Positions 24,097 through 37,359 of a stretch of 64,000 nt of DNA are shown here, in pieces (the stretch's first letter is position 1; the number at the start of each line of letters is the position of its first letter). The stretch lies in NCBI GenBank assembly GCA_950097015.1, contig CATNEN010000001.1, forward strand, positions 2,604,001 to 2,668,000, in the 5' to 3' direction. The position numbers and the translations under genes are program-made. The stretch comes from Macrostomum hystrix. Its lineage: Eukaryota > Animalia > Platyhelminthes. Below the pieces are notes generated by a model. That model saw only the letters and a list, made by a program, of their open reading frames with translations, was not told where the DNA came from and made no database searches.

Positions 24097-26451
24097 TTCT
24101 TGATTGATCTGATTGACATTCTTGATTGATCTGATTGACAATCTTTATTGATCGGATTGACATTCTTGATTGATCTGATTGACAATCTTGATTGATCTGA
24201 TTGACATTCTTGATTGATCTGATTGACAATCTTGATTGATCTGATTGACAATCTTTATTGATCTGATTGGCAATCTTGATTGATCTGATTTACATTCCTG
24301 ATTGATCTGATTGACATTCTTGATTGATCTGATTTACATTCTTGATTGATCTGATTGACATTCTTGATTGCTCTGATTGACAATCTTGATTGATCTGATT
24401 TACATTCTTGATTGATCTGATTGACAATCTTGATTGATCTCATTGACATTCTTGATTGATCTGATTGACAATCTTGATTGATCGGATTGGCAATCTTTAT
24501 TGATCTGATTGGCAATTTTGATTGATCTGATTGACATTCTTGATTGCTCTGATTGACAATCTTGATTGATCTGATTGACATTCTTGATTGCTCTGATTGA
24601 CAATCTTAATTGATCTGATTGACATTCTTGATTGATCTGATTGACATTCTTGATTGATCTGATTGACAATCTTCATTGATCTGATTGACAATCTTGATTG
24701 ATCTGATTGACAATCTTTATTGATCTGATTGGCAATCTTGATTGATCTGATTTACATTCCTGATTGATCTGATTGACATTCTTGATTGATCTGATTTACA
24801 TTCTTGATTGATCTGATTGACATTCTTGATTGATCTGATTGACAATCTTGATTGATCTCATTGACATTCTTGATTGATCTGATTGACAATCTTGATTGAT
24901 CGGATTGGCAATCTTTATTGATCTGATTGGCAATTTTGATTGATCTGATTGACATTCTTGATTGCTCTGATTGACAATCTTGATTGATCTGATTGACATT
25001 CTTGATTGCTCTGATTGACAATCTTGATTGATCTGATTGACATTCTTGATTGATCTGATTGACATTCTTGATTGATCTGATTGACAATCTTCATTGATCT
25101 GATTGACAATCTTGATTGATCTGATTGAGATTCTTGATTGATCTGATTGAGATTCTTGATTGATCTGATTGACAATCTTGATTGATCTGATTGACATTCT
25201 TGATTGATCTGATTGAGATTCTTGATTGATCTGATTGACAATCTTGATTGATCTCATTGACATTCTTGATTGATCTGATTGACATTCTTGATTGATCTGA
25301 TTGACATTCTTAATTGATCCTGATTGACATTCTTGATTGATCTGATTGACATTCTTAATTGATCCTGATTGACATTCTTGATTGATCTGATTGACATTCT
25401 TGATTGATCTGATTGACATTCTTGATTGATCTGATTGACATTCTTGATTGATCTGATTGACATTCTTGATTGATCCTGATTGACATTCTTGATTGATCTG
25501 ATTGACATTCTTGATTGATCTGATTGACATTCTTGATTGATCCTGATTGACATTCTTGATTGATCTGATTGACATTCTTGATTGATCCTGATTGACATTC
25601 TTGATTGATCTGATTGACATTCTTGATTGATCTGATTGACAATCTTGATTGATCTCATTGACATTCTTGATTGATCTGATTGACAATCTTGATTGATCTC
25701 ATTGACATTCTTGATTGATCTGATTGACAATCTTGATTGATCTGATTGGCAATCTTTATTGATCTGATTGGCAATTTTGATTGATCTGATTGACATTCTT
25801 GATTGCTCTGATTGACAATCTTGATTGATCTGATTGAGATTCTTGATTGATCTGATTGAGATTCTTGATTGATCTGATTGACATTCTTGATTGATCCTGA
25901 TTGACATTCTTGATTGATCTGATTGACATTCTTGATTGATCCTGATTGACATTCTTGATTGATCTCATTGACATTCTTGATTGAGCTGATTGACATTCTT
26001 GATTGATCTGATTGACATTCTAGATTGATCTGATTGACATTCTTGATTGATCTGATTTACATTCTTGATTGATCTGATTGACAATCTTGATTGATCTGAT
26101 TGGTAATCTTGATTGATCTGATTGACATTCTAGATTGATCTGATTGACATTCTAGATTGATCTGATTGACATTCTTGATTGATCTGATTGACATTCTCGA
26201 TTGATCTGATTGACAATCGTGATTGATCTGATTGGCAATCTTGATTGATCTGATTGACATTCTTGATTGATCTGATTGACAATCTTGATTGATCTGATTG
26301 AGATTCTTGATTGATCTGATTGACATTCTTGATTGATCTGATTGACATTCTCGATTGATCTGATTGACAATCGTGATTGATCTGATTGGCAATCTTGATT
26401 GATCTGATTGACATTCTTGATTGATCTGATTGACAATCTTGATTGATCTGA
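24097..26451. repeat. 22-bp GATT-derived minisatellite, about 105 copies
   Basis: TTGATTGATCTGATTGACATTC with block duplications. Confidence 0.95.
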
Positions 26452-26839
26452 ATGCTATTCGTAACCAATTCCATTGACATTTCGGATTTATTTAAAAACA
26501 GAATCCAAAAGTACACTGATCAGAGCTGGACACTGTTGGCCTCAATATTGGCAAGCAATTAAACCAAATTTAGGCTTAATAATCTGATAAAGAATTCTGC
26601 CCATAACAGCTTGAAACAGGTGTGCAGTATTCCAAATAGCAGCACCATTTAGCCAAACAGACTGATCGATTGATAGCACCTGACAGCTGATGTTGAACGC
26701 TTCAGAACTGACTAATCTTCTTTAATCATTTCTAGGCACTACTTTCTCACTGTACGATACAGTGAATGTTTTTACAGAAAATGCTAGCTGTTCTACTGAT
26801 TTAGTAGAATAGCTTGGACGTGAAATTATAAAACGTAGA

Positions 26840-27682
26840 ATGTCCAGAAAACTGTTAGACACAAATGTCAAGAAACCTGTTAGACACGGAATTTCAAGAA
26901 ACCTGTTAGACACGGATTATCCAGAAACCTGTTAGACACGGAATATTCAGAAACCTGTTAGACACGGAATATTCAGAAACCTGTTAGACACTGTATATCC
27001 AGAAACCTGTTAGACACGGATTATCCAGAAACCTGTTAGACACGGATTATCCAGAAACCTGTTAGACACGGAATATTCAGAAACCTGTTAGACACGGAAT
27101 ATTCAGAAACCTGTTAGACACGGAATATTCAGAAACCTGTTAGACACGGAATATCCAGAAACCTGTTAGACACGGAATATTCAGAAACCTGTTAGACACG
27201 GAATATTCAGAAACCTGTTAGACACGGAATATCCAGAAACCTGTTAGACACGGAATATCCAGAAACCTGTTAGACACGGAATATCCAGAAACTTGTTAGA
27301 CACGGGATATCCAGAAAACTGTTAGACACGGATTATCCAGAAACCTGTTAGACACGGTATATCCAGAAACCTGTTAGACACGGAATATCTAGAAACCTGT
27401 TAGACACGGTATATGTAGAAACTGTTAGACACGGGATATCCAGAAACCTGTTAGACACGGTATATGTAGAAACTGTTAGACACGGGATATCCAGAAACCT
27501 GTTAGACACGGTATATGTAGAAACTGTTAGACACGGGATATCCAGAAACCTGTTAGACACGGATTATCCAGAAACCTGTTATACATGGATTATCTAGAAA
27601 CCTGTTAGACACGGAATATCCAGAAACCTGTTAGATACGGTATATGTAGAAACTGTTAGACACGGGATATCCAGAAACCCTG
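26840..27682. repeat. 25/26-bp minisatellite
   Basis: GTTAGACACGGAATATCCAGAAACCT. Confidence 0.95.
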
Positions 27683-27684
27683 TA

Positions 27685-28604
27685 AGTGAGTGAGTGAGTG
27701 AGTGAGTGAGTGAGTGAGTGAGTGAGTGAGTGAGTGAGTGAGTGAGTGAGTGAGTGAGTGAGTGTTTGAGTGAGTGAGTGAGTGAGTGTTTGAGTGAGTG
27801 AGTGAGTGAGTCAGAGAGTGAGTCAGTGAGTGAGTGAGTCAGTGAGTGAGTCAGTGAGTGAGTGAGTTTGACACGGAATATCAAAAAAGTTGTTAGACAC
27901 AGAAAAAATAATCATAAATACAATCCAAAAAGAACAAAAGTAAAAAGCACGTTGATTCAATATTTATGACTCACAATGGTAGTGTGATCGGTGAAACTTT
28001 TTATGGCACACCATATAAATCGGAAATTTATTTAATGTCTATAAACTACAGCTGTGATATATTTCACAACATAGAGAACAAGTGCAACAAGCACAAACGT
28101 TTCTATTAATTTTTTTTCATAAAAAATATGTACGATGCGAAATCCTCGTATCTACTGGAAAAGTCCTGCAATATCTAAGTGAAAGAGTGAGTGAGTGAGT
28201 CAGTGAGTGAGTGAGTGAGTCATTGAGTGAGTCAGTGAGTGAGTGAGTCAGTGAGTGAGTGAGTGAGTCATTGAGTGAGTCAGTGAGTGAGTGAGTCATT
28301 GAGTGAGTCAGTGAGTGAGTGAGTCATTGAGTGAGTCAGTGAGTGAGTGAGTCAGTGAGTGAGTCAGTGAGTGAGTGAGTCAGTGAGTGAGTGAGTCAGT
28401 GAGTGAGTCAGTGAGTGAGTCAGTGAGTGAGTCAGTGAGTGAGTCAGTGAGTGAGTCAGTGAGTCAGTGAGTCAGTGAGTGAGTGAGTCAGTGAGTGAGT
28501 GAGTGAGTGAGTCAGTGAGTGAGTGAGTCAGTGAGTCAGTGAGTGAGTCAGTGAGTGAGTGAGTCAGTGAGTCAGTGAGTCAGTGAGTGAGTGAGTCAGT
28601 GAGT
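27685..28604. repeat. Two (GAGT)n/(GAGTCAGT)n microsatellites (27685-27867, 28185-28604)
   Basis: Direct inspection. Confidence 0.95.
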
Positions 28605-29161
28605 AGGTAATCTATGATGCATAGCTGTGAAGTGTTTTTCAAAGTTTCATATAAGTGTTCCACAACAATCATTGAGCCATTTCAACTTTACGCTCGCATA
28701 GGTCATATCCATATTGCTTAGAAATGACTGAAAGTTCTATAATTTATTCTCGGCCTCGGACCCATCTCAAAAACAATGATCATTGCTCTAATATTTTAGG
28801 AGAATCAATCGGAGAAATACTTAGACTCAGCCATAAAAGCTTTGCTATGTTCCACTCAGCCACTCTCCCCCAACCCCTGGCTCCCGTAGATTTCATTCTG
28901 ATTGGCCAGGCCGCTAGTTTGACTTTAAGGTCGGACTTTCCTTTGCAAGAAGGAGAGAAAGAGAACAAGGATAAGTGAGCGAGTGACAGCTCGAGGGGCA
29001 GGCAGTTTCTGCTTAGCCGCATCTCTTAGCAACATTCGATGGGTCAGCGTTAACAAAAAACACAGCCCTCGTGCATGTCCCAGGCCGTCATCTTCAGTCA
29101 TAAGGCTACTAATTATTTTGTCGAAAAAGGGGGAACGCTATTTTAAAGTCGCTATTTGACT

Positions 29162-29184
29162 ATGAAGTCATCTGCAGAAGCAGT

Positions 29185-29217
<33 letters not shown>

Positions 29218-29408
29218 AGCAGCAGCAGTGACAGCCGCGGAAGAAACGCAAGCAACAGCAGCAACAGCAGCTTCTGGAACTTCAGTTAAAATTTCTGAGC
29301 CAACATCGGCAGGCAAATCTGGGATGCAGCACCTGCAGCTTCCGCAAAGCCAGCAATTCAGCCGGAATAGAAAATACTCTGTGGTCGACCCGCAAACTGA
29401 TCTGGTTG
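29162..29408 (+). CDS. Candidate alternative first coding exon 2 of the stomatin gene (Ala-rich, MKSSAEAV...PQTDLV)
   Basis: ATG, 82 codons + 1 nt, donor G|GTGAGT, phase 1; reverse CCAAT at 28901. Confidence 0.6.
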
Positions 29409-29529
29409 GTGAGTGATCTCTGATCGTACTCAAATCTTCTAATATTTTATAGCTTGACCAACTGGATTCATCATTTAAGGAACAGTTAATCACTAAATAA
29501 GTTGATTTAAGAGCCAATTATTTGACTAT

Positions 29530-30145
<616 letters not shown>

Positions 30146-30858
30146 TATTGAAAAACTGCTAGTCTTCAGGCCAGACTGGTAGCCGACAGGCCTATTTCTC
30201 AACGGGTAAATTGCTCTATTTTTGAGAAGTAGATGGTTTAAATAATTTATATCCATAGTATTTTACCTCAAAAGAAACCCAGTTTCTTAAAAGCCAGCTG
30301 GCTTTAAAGTACGACTGTAGAATAAACTTTATTTGTTCCTAAAAGCACTGAGGAAATCTTCAAGAAAAACTCGTTAGCAACATTCTCATTTTAAACAATT
30401 TAAGCCCGCATATATACACACGAATGTGCATTAACTATTAATGCGGTACACATGCTGGGCAACTTGCTCTAATATTTTCTCCACTTAATCATGCACAAGC
30501 GACACTGGAGTGCCGAAGAGGTGTGTCAGAGGATCTCAAGTCCACCTGGCCATCCCCATCGCATCATAGTTAGCTTGTCTACTTGACTCTTTTTGCTAAG
30601 GCTAAGTTGTTCCCCTGTGTGTGTGTCCTTTTCCCCTGTTTTTACAGCCTAAAGTTAGGCTCTATGCGAATTATAAGGTCGAGTACAGAGAGGAGAGAAG
30701 AGAAGCGAATAGGCTAGGATGAAAGTTTAGTAAGTCGATTGAGTTGGCGAATAAAAGAGACTAAAATATGTGTTAGCGTGTTCCCTGCATGCCCTATCTC
30801 AGTATTTTTGCTATTTCATTGAATAACTAACAATAATTGGTTACTAATGTCCCTATTG

Positions 30859-30991
30859 CGGGGGGACGCCACACCCAATGAGGCAATGCAAAGTTAAGCG
30901 TCTTGCAAAAAGATAAAAAATTGTTCCCTTCGACTCGGGAATCGAACCCTCGACCTTCAAGTCGTGAGTCAGGCGCTCAAACCACTAGGTT
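30859..30991 (-). mobile_element. SINE family A, partial
   Basis: GGGAATCGAACCC...AACCACTAGG head plus GACGCCACACCC body fragment. Confidence 0.65.
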
Positions 30992-31443
30992 ATATAGATT
31001 TTCCAGGAATGTACCTATCAATAATACCATGATTTTCTCTAAATTGTTCTATCAATCATTTCTCGTCATCAATTTTTCGTCATCAATATTAGTTGATGAA
31101 ATATTCCACTATGATTAATTAAGCAACTAAAATAGGCAAGTTTTGATATAAGCATCATTTTCATTTTGATCAGTAAAAGCAGCAAATCAAGTGGAACACA
31201 TTTTTCTAAGTCACGAATCTGAGAAGATTCTTCTTCATCTCCTTTTCTGGCCTAGAATCTGTGCCAATCAATTCTAATCACTTAGCGACTCAACAAATGA
31301 TAAGCCACACATTCCAAATGGGTTGGCGAGAGCAGCTCTGCGTTCCCTGGATATCAGTGGCTACTTTTACTTATTGGATTGCCTGAGAACTGTGACCGAA
31401 TTCTCGACTCTTAGAGTATCGGCTGTGATAATCAGCTGCCTAC

Positions 31444-32843
31444 CCTCACACTTTCACCCCTCACACTCTCACCCCTCACACTCTCACCCCTCACACTCTC
31501 ACCCCTCACACTCTCACCTCTAACACTCTCACCCCTCACACTCTCACCTCTAACACTCTCACCCCTCATACTCTCACCTCTAACACTCTCACCCCTCACA
31601 CTCTCACCTCTCACACTCTCACCTCTCACACTCTCACCCCTCACACTCTCACCTCTCACACTCTCACCCCTCACACTCTCACCTCTAACACTCTCACCCC
31701 TCACACTCTCACCTCTCACACTCTCACCTCTCACACTCTCACCCCTCACACTCTCACCTCTCACACTCTCACCCCTCACACTCTCACCTCTAACACTCTC
31801 ACCCCTCACACTCTCACCCCTCACACTCTCACCCCTCACACTCTCACCTCTAACACTCTCACCTCTAACACTCTCACCCCTTACACTCTCACCCCTCACA
31901 CTCTCACCCCTCACACTCTCACCTCTCACACTCTCACCTCTAACACTCTCACCTCTAACACTCTCACCCCTCACACTCTCACCTCTCACACTCTCACCCC
32001 TCACACTCTCACCTCTAACACTCTCACCCCTCACACTCTCACCTCTAACACTCTCACCCCTCACACTCTCACCTCTCACACTCTCACCTCTAACACTCTC
32101 ACCTCTAACACTCTCACCCCTCACACTCTCACCTCTCAAACTCTCACCTCTCACACTCTCACCCCTCACACTCTCACCTCTCACACTCTCACCCCTCACA
32201 CTCTCACCTCTAACACTCTCACCCCTCACACTCTCACCTCTCACACTCTCACCTCTCACACTCTCACCCCTCACACTCTCACCTCTCACACTCTCACCCC
32301 TCACACTCTCACCTCTAACACTCTCACCTCTCACACTCTCACCCCTCACACTCTCACCTCTAACACTCTCACCCCTCACACTCTCACCCCTCACACTCTC
32401 ACCCCTCACACTCTCACCTCTAACACTCTCACCTCTAACACTCTCACCCCTTACACTCTCACCCCTCACACTCTCACCCCTCACACTCTCACCTCTCACA
32501 CTCTCACCTCTAACACTCTCACCTCTAACACTCTCACCCCTCACACTCTCACCTCTCACACTCTCACCCCTCACACTCTCACCTCTAACACTCTCACCCC
32601 TCACACTCTCACCTCTAACACTCTCACCCCTCACACTCTCACCTCTCACACTCTCACCTCTCACACTCTCACCCCTCACACTCTCACCCCTCACACTCTC
32701 ACCTCCAACACTCTCACCCCTCACACTCTCACCCCTCACACTCTCACCTCTAACACTCTCATCCCTCACACTCTCACCTCCAACACTCTCACCCCTCACA
32801 CTCTCACCCCTCACACTCTCACCTCTAACACTCTCACCCCTCC
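31444..32843. repeat. 15-bp minisatellite, about 93 copies
   Basis: CACACTCTCACCYCT. Confidence 0.95.
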
Positions 32844-33239
32844 CGCTCTCAAAGAAAAGTAATTTCCTTTCCTTAAGGGCTGCAGAAATTTCCAGCACGA
32901 GCCGACCAATAAAATCGCATTTTCCATAATGATGCAATTAATAAAGCCAGAGAGAGGCAAAATTGTTAAAAAGAGGGAGCGACTGAAGAGAACAAAAAAG
33001 ATAATGCACATGCAGGCACACGGACCATGAAAGAGCGGTCTGAGTTAGCTTTTTGTCACTGCCCCGCCTGATTGTGCTCAAACTGCGATGTTCACTAGTG
33101 CTCCAGGCCACTCTCAAACGCCTAACATGCGGGGAGGCACATTGACAGTTGGATTGCGGCAGGAGAAATTGGCGGTTATGAGAAATTAGTTGGTCAGGAC
33201 TTCTACTAGTAGGCCTTGCACTTTCCATACGATTGGGTA

Positions 33240-33240
33240 T

Positions 33241-33310
<70 letters not shown>

Positions 33311-33332
33311 GGATAGATTAGGTAGATAGATG

Positions 33333-33363
<31 letters not shown>

Positions 33364-33385
33364 GGATAGATTAGGTAGATAGATG

Positions 33386-33416
<31 letters not shown>

Positions 33417-33606
33417 GTGATAGTGGTCGGGAAGGGTAGGGGTTAGGGTTAGGGTTAGGTTTGGGTTTGGTAGATATGGTAGACAGGAGAGAGTGTGAGA
33501 TGGTAGACAGGAGAGAGTGTGAGATGGTAGACAGGAGAGAGTGTGAGATGGTAGACAGGAGACGGTGTGAGAGGGTAGACAGGAGAGAGTGTAAGATGGT
33601 AGACAG
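33240..33606. repeat. (GATA)n followed by a 24-bp minisatellite
   Basis: GATA run 33240-33416; GATGGTAGACAGGAGAGAGTGTGA 33470-33606. Confidence 0.9.
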
Positions 33607-35498
33607 TTGAGGGTCTGATAGGCGCAATTGCTAGTTTGCAAAGCAACTATAGAAGCAATCGGACTACAGTGAAGTGAATAGAGAATAGAACGGAGAAATA
33701 ATAAGAATCGAAGAGCTCGCGACTCGCGAGTGCGTGATAGAGGAGCGGAGAGAGAGAGAGAGAGACAGAGATGGAAAGTTCTGATCGATGTGGCTTGCCG
33801 AGGACAGAGATTATTTGCTAGCCCACAAGGGAATTTATCCACGACGCCTGACAACCCCCCCGAAGTCGCTTGTATCCCGTGCCGAGTTAACAACAGCAGC
33901 AGCAGCAGCAGCGGCTTGGTGGCGGTAGCTTTTTGGAGCACCCACTCAGCCCAGTTTGTCGTTATTGAGAAGGCAGCGTTGCCTCAACCGACACCACCCC
34001 CAAGGCCTAATTAACTGGCCATCTTGCCTGTTGTCGATATCAAGTTCACTTGTTCGCCCTGAGGGGGCTCGTCCTGTTTGAGTCCTCTAGTCCGGTCCGG
34101 TCAGCGGCTGATGGGATCACACTTTGTAGTCCTATGTGTACGCAGGGTGGTAGGGTTCGGCGGCTGAAATTAACCTGAATAGAAACGAATCTGAATTGAT
34201 GGGGTGTGTTTCCGGCTATAGTTGCGATAATGAATCCAGATTGTGTACTTTGCTTTGCAGTTGACTAATTTGTTACTAATAATAATAATAAGCGTCAGCT
34301 CTTTGGAATCACGTGATGCACCACGCTTATAGCGCGTGTTGCATGTACTTTTCAGTAAAAAAAGGAATCACGCGCTTTAGGCGTGACTCCGTTTCGACTG
34401 CTGAACTATGAAAATACTCAAATCCATTAAGTGTCGTAGTTCAATGTGATTTTGCGTACTTTAGTTCTTTGGCATCTAAATTACGGCTCTATAAAACTTA
34501 CATGCATTAATCGCATGAAAAAAATATCACGCGCGTTAGGCGTGACATAGTTTCAACTGCTGAACTATGAAATGCTTCCATTCGTTAAGTTCAAGGTCAT
34601 TTGCGCGTGACTGTTTCTTTGACATCTAAACTATCGAAACTACGAGTACATAAAACTTGGGAGTAATTAAGTTCGTCGCTTGAATAGGAGTCAATAATTA
34701 ATTGACTTTAATTGTTGTAGCCATGGTCCTTTTTGGCTGTATTTTTCACCACCTGTTTATTCGCGATTTCTTCTGTGAATTGATGAAATTGCGAGCTTAT
34801 TTGCGGAACCAAAAAATATTATCACCGATTCAAGGCAAATACGTTAGATTTAAACTGTAGACATTCTTTTCTGTAAATTCTGGTTAAAACAACCAGACGA
34901 TGCAAATATAAGCTGTGCTGCTAGGATGAAACTTGCAAACGACCTTCCTATACTTATTACATCGTTCGTCGGGTTAAAAAAGTCTCCATTTTACACCTTT
35001 TGGAAATGCGTTTCTTCTATCAAACTATAGCTAGGTATACAATTATGCATTGCCCTGCACTGTGGTGACTGAAGGCAGTTTGTGTGTGGGTGTGGGTGTC
35101 TGCCACCTTTGCCTAGGAAAGTTGCCAGTTTTCCCTACAGCGCTACTGAAAGGCATCGGCTACATTTGAAACTGTTCGACTTGTTAACCGGGGCAAAACT
35201 GGGGGATGGGGGTATTGGAGGCAAAGGAAAAAGCAAATAAAGTCTTCCTCTTTTGCTTGCTTTCCTTGGCAGTGCCGAACACTTATGGCAACTTGCAAGT
35301 CGATTGCCCTGCTGACACGCTGTCTTACAAGGATTAGGCTGATTGTGTAGTTTAGATTAACAGCGCGTATTTTGTAACACTTTGAAGTATATTTTAGGAC
35401 TGGAAACATATCAAAATAGTATCTTCAAACCCACCCTTTGAAGTACAGAAGTGTTATACTAGTCGTTAAACTGCTAGACAAGATTTTTAACTGTTGAA

Positions 35499-36481
35499 TA
35501 GAGATGCCAAAAAACCGGTTTAAAAAACCGGTTTTTAGCAGGAAAACCGGTTCTAAAAAAACGTTTTTTTGTCCGGTTTTTTGACGGTTTTTAATGGGTT
35601 TTTTATTTTAATTATGTCTCACAGAGTCACCATTTTTGCACTTTGGAGAAAAAATAACTGGTAAAATTTTTTTTCTAAATCGTTGCTTTGTAACTTCATA
35701 ATCGTAATTCGTAGTTGTAGTTGTAGAGTCTGAATTCCTGAAAAGAATATGAAAAACCTCGGAGTCCGCAGGATTCAGTAGTACTCTGTGTCAGTATGGT
35801 AATTAATTAATAATACATGTATAGATTAATTAGTTAAAATTAAACTTAAAATTTAATCTAAGTTGAACTTGAAGTATAAATCTAAATTGGGGCCTAATCT
35901 AAAACTATCTAAGTCTAAACCTAAAAACATCAAAGGATTCGCCGTTTCTAATCTAACCATCCCAGGGTACCGCCATTTCGAGACTGTGACCAGTTTGCCT
36001 TGGCCAAAATCATCAAATTAATCAATCATTGCTACCAGTGCATCATTAAGTTTAAAGTTATTATTCAGCAAAATTAAGAGTTCGCGAATTAGTTACGAAC
36101 TGATCCGAACTAAATCTCAATTTATATTAAGTTCGCATTGGGTCTTTATTTTAGTTCGCATTTAGTTCGCATTGGCTACGGAACGATTCCGAAGAAAGTC
36201 CACGGAAAATTTGAATTGGCGCGATATTCAATTTCCGCGAAACCTAACTATAACAAATTTAAAATTAATAATTCCAAGAAACTTTTATTATTATCAATCG
36301 GCACGCACACCTTTAACAAATTCACGATTGTATATAAGTTCTATCTTCTATGCTTATTTAGTGCTTTTTAAAAACTTAACCGGTGCACACAAACCGGTTT
36401 TTAAAGACCGGTTTTCTTATAAAAGGCGGCTTTCAAGCCGGTTAACCGGTTCTCAAAAAGGGCCGGTTATTGGCATCTCTA
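35499..36481. mobile_element. Non-autonomous hAT-superfamily DNA transposon (MITE-like), 983 bp
   Basis: TIRs TAGAGATGCCAA / TTGGCATCTCTA, perfect 8-bp TSD CTGTTGAA (35491-35498 / 36482-36489), multiple subterminal AACCGGTT motifs, no transposase ORF. Confidence 0.9.
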
Positions 36482-37359
36482 CTGTTGAACAATATTTCAA
36501 ACTGAAAGAAACACCTATTTCTAAGAAAAGCATCAATGTCGGCATACATCGGTAAAGCAGCAGTGTAGGATAATGCGAAACGTGTTGAATATTTATCCTA
36601 CCTGCCAAAGTAATTGCCAACAAAATATCCACTTGCTTGACATTGTGCGATGGCCAGGAAGAAGCAAGACGCCACTAATTGAACACATGCAACCAAAACT
36701 AGGAATTCGCACTGTCTTTGATAGACAGCTACCCCCCGACAACTAACAGGCGTTTCTAGGAAAATGTAAGCAGATAATAACCAAAATTGATTTCTAACCA
36801 CATCGTGGGAGCTAAATGAAAAATTCTTACTCTACATTATTGTTAGTTTTAAAATAAAACGTCAAGTTTGAAATACAAATACCCATGTACTCTACTTATA
36901 GTAGAGAGTACATTTCAGCTATGGGAAAATTTTGCATGAAAAAACATGAAGTGAGGATAAAAAAAGAAGAAACGCAATTTAACATTTTTACAAAACTCAG
37001 TATCTAAAATTATAATAAATACGTGTCCCAGGTCATCTAATTGCCAACTGGCTCACTTGGCTGACCTCAAATTAAACAGGAAGTAGGATAGCTAAGCTTC
37101 TGCGCCCGGATTTTCTGGTCGACCAAATTCTGTTCAGTAATTTTTGTTTAAATTTTCGCTTCGATTCGCTGTTGAATTTACTCTGAGAGATGGGGCCCGA
37201 GATTTTGAGAGTCAATTCGCTGTCACTGTTGATATACGAATTAAGAATATCGATAGGCCATTGTTTTGCTAAACTTTTGTTTTAATTAGCACTGTACTAC
37301 TTCTTATATTTGTTATATTATGGTGTTAGCTATAGTATTCTACATTTCATTTGTAGTGC

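Noticed and set aside
31432-32937. 501-aa (RGESV)n ORF and similar repeat ORFs at 5.9, 9.7, 11.8, 13.1, 24-26, 43 and 56 kb
   Set aside because: Translations of minisatellites lacking stops; no unique domain or splice support
33433-33470. TTAGGG telomere-like repeats
   Set aside because: Only 2-3 units within a simple-repeat patch; not evidence of a telomere or fusion
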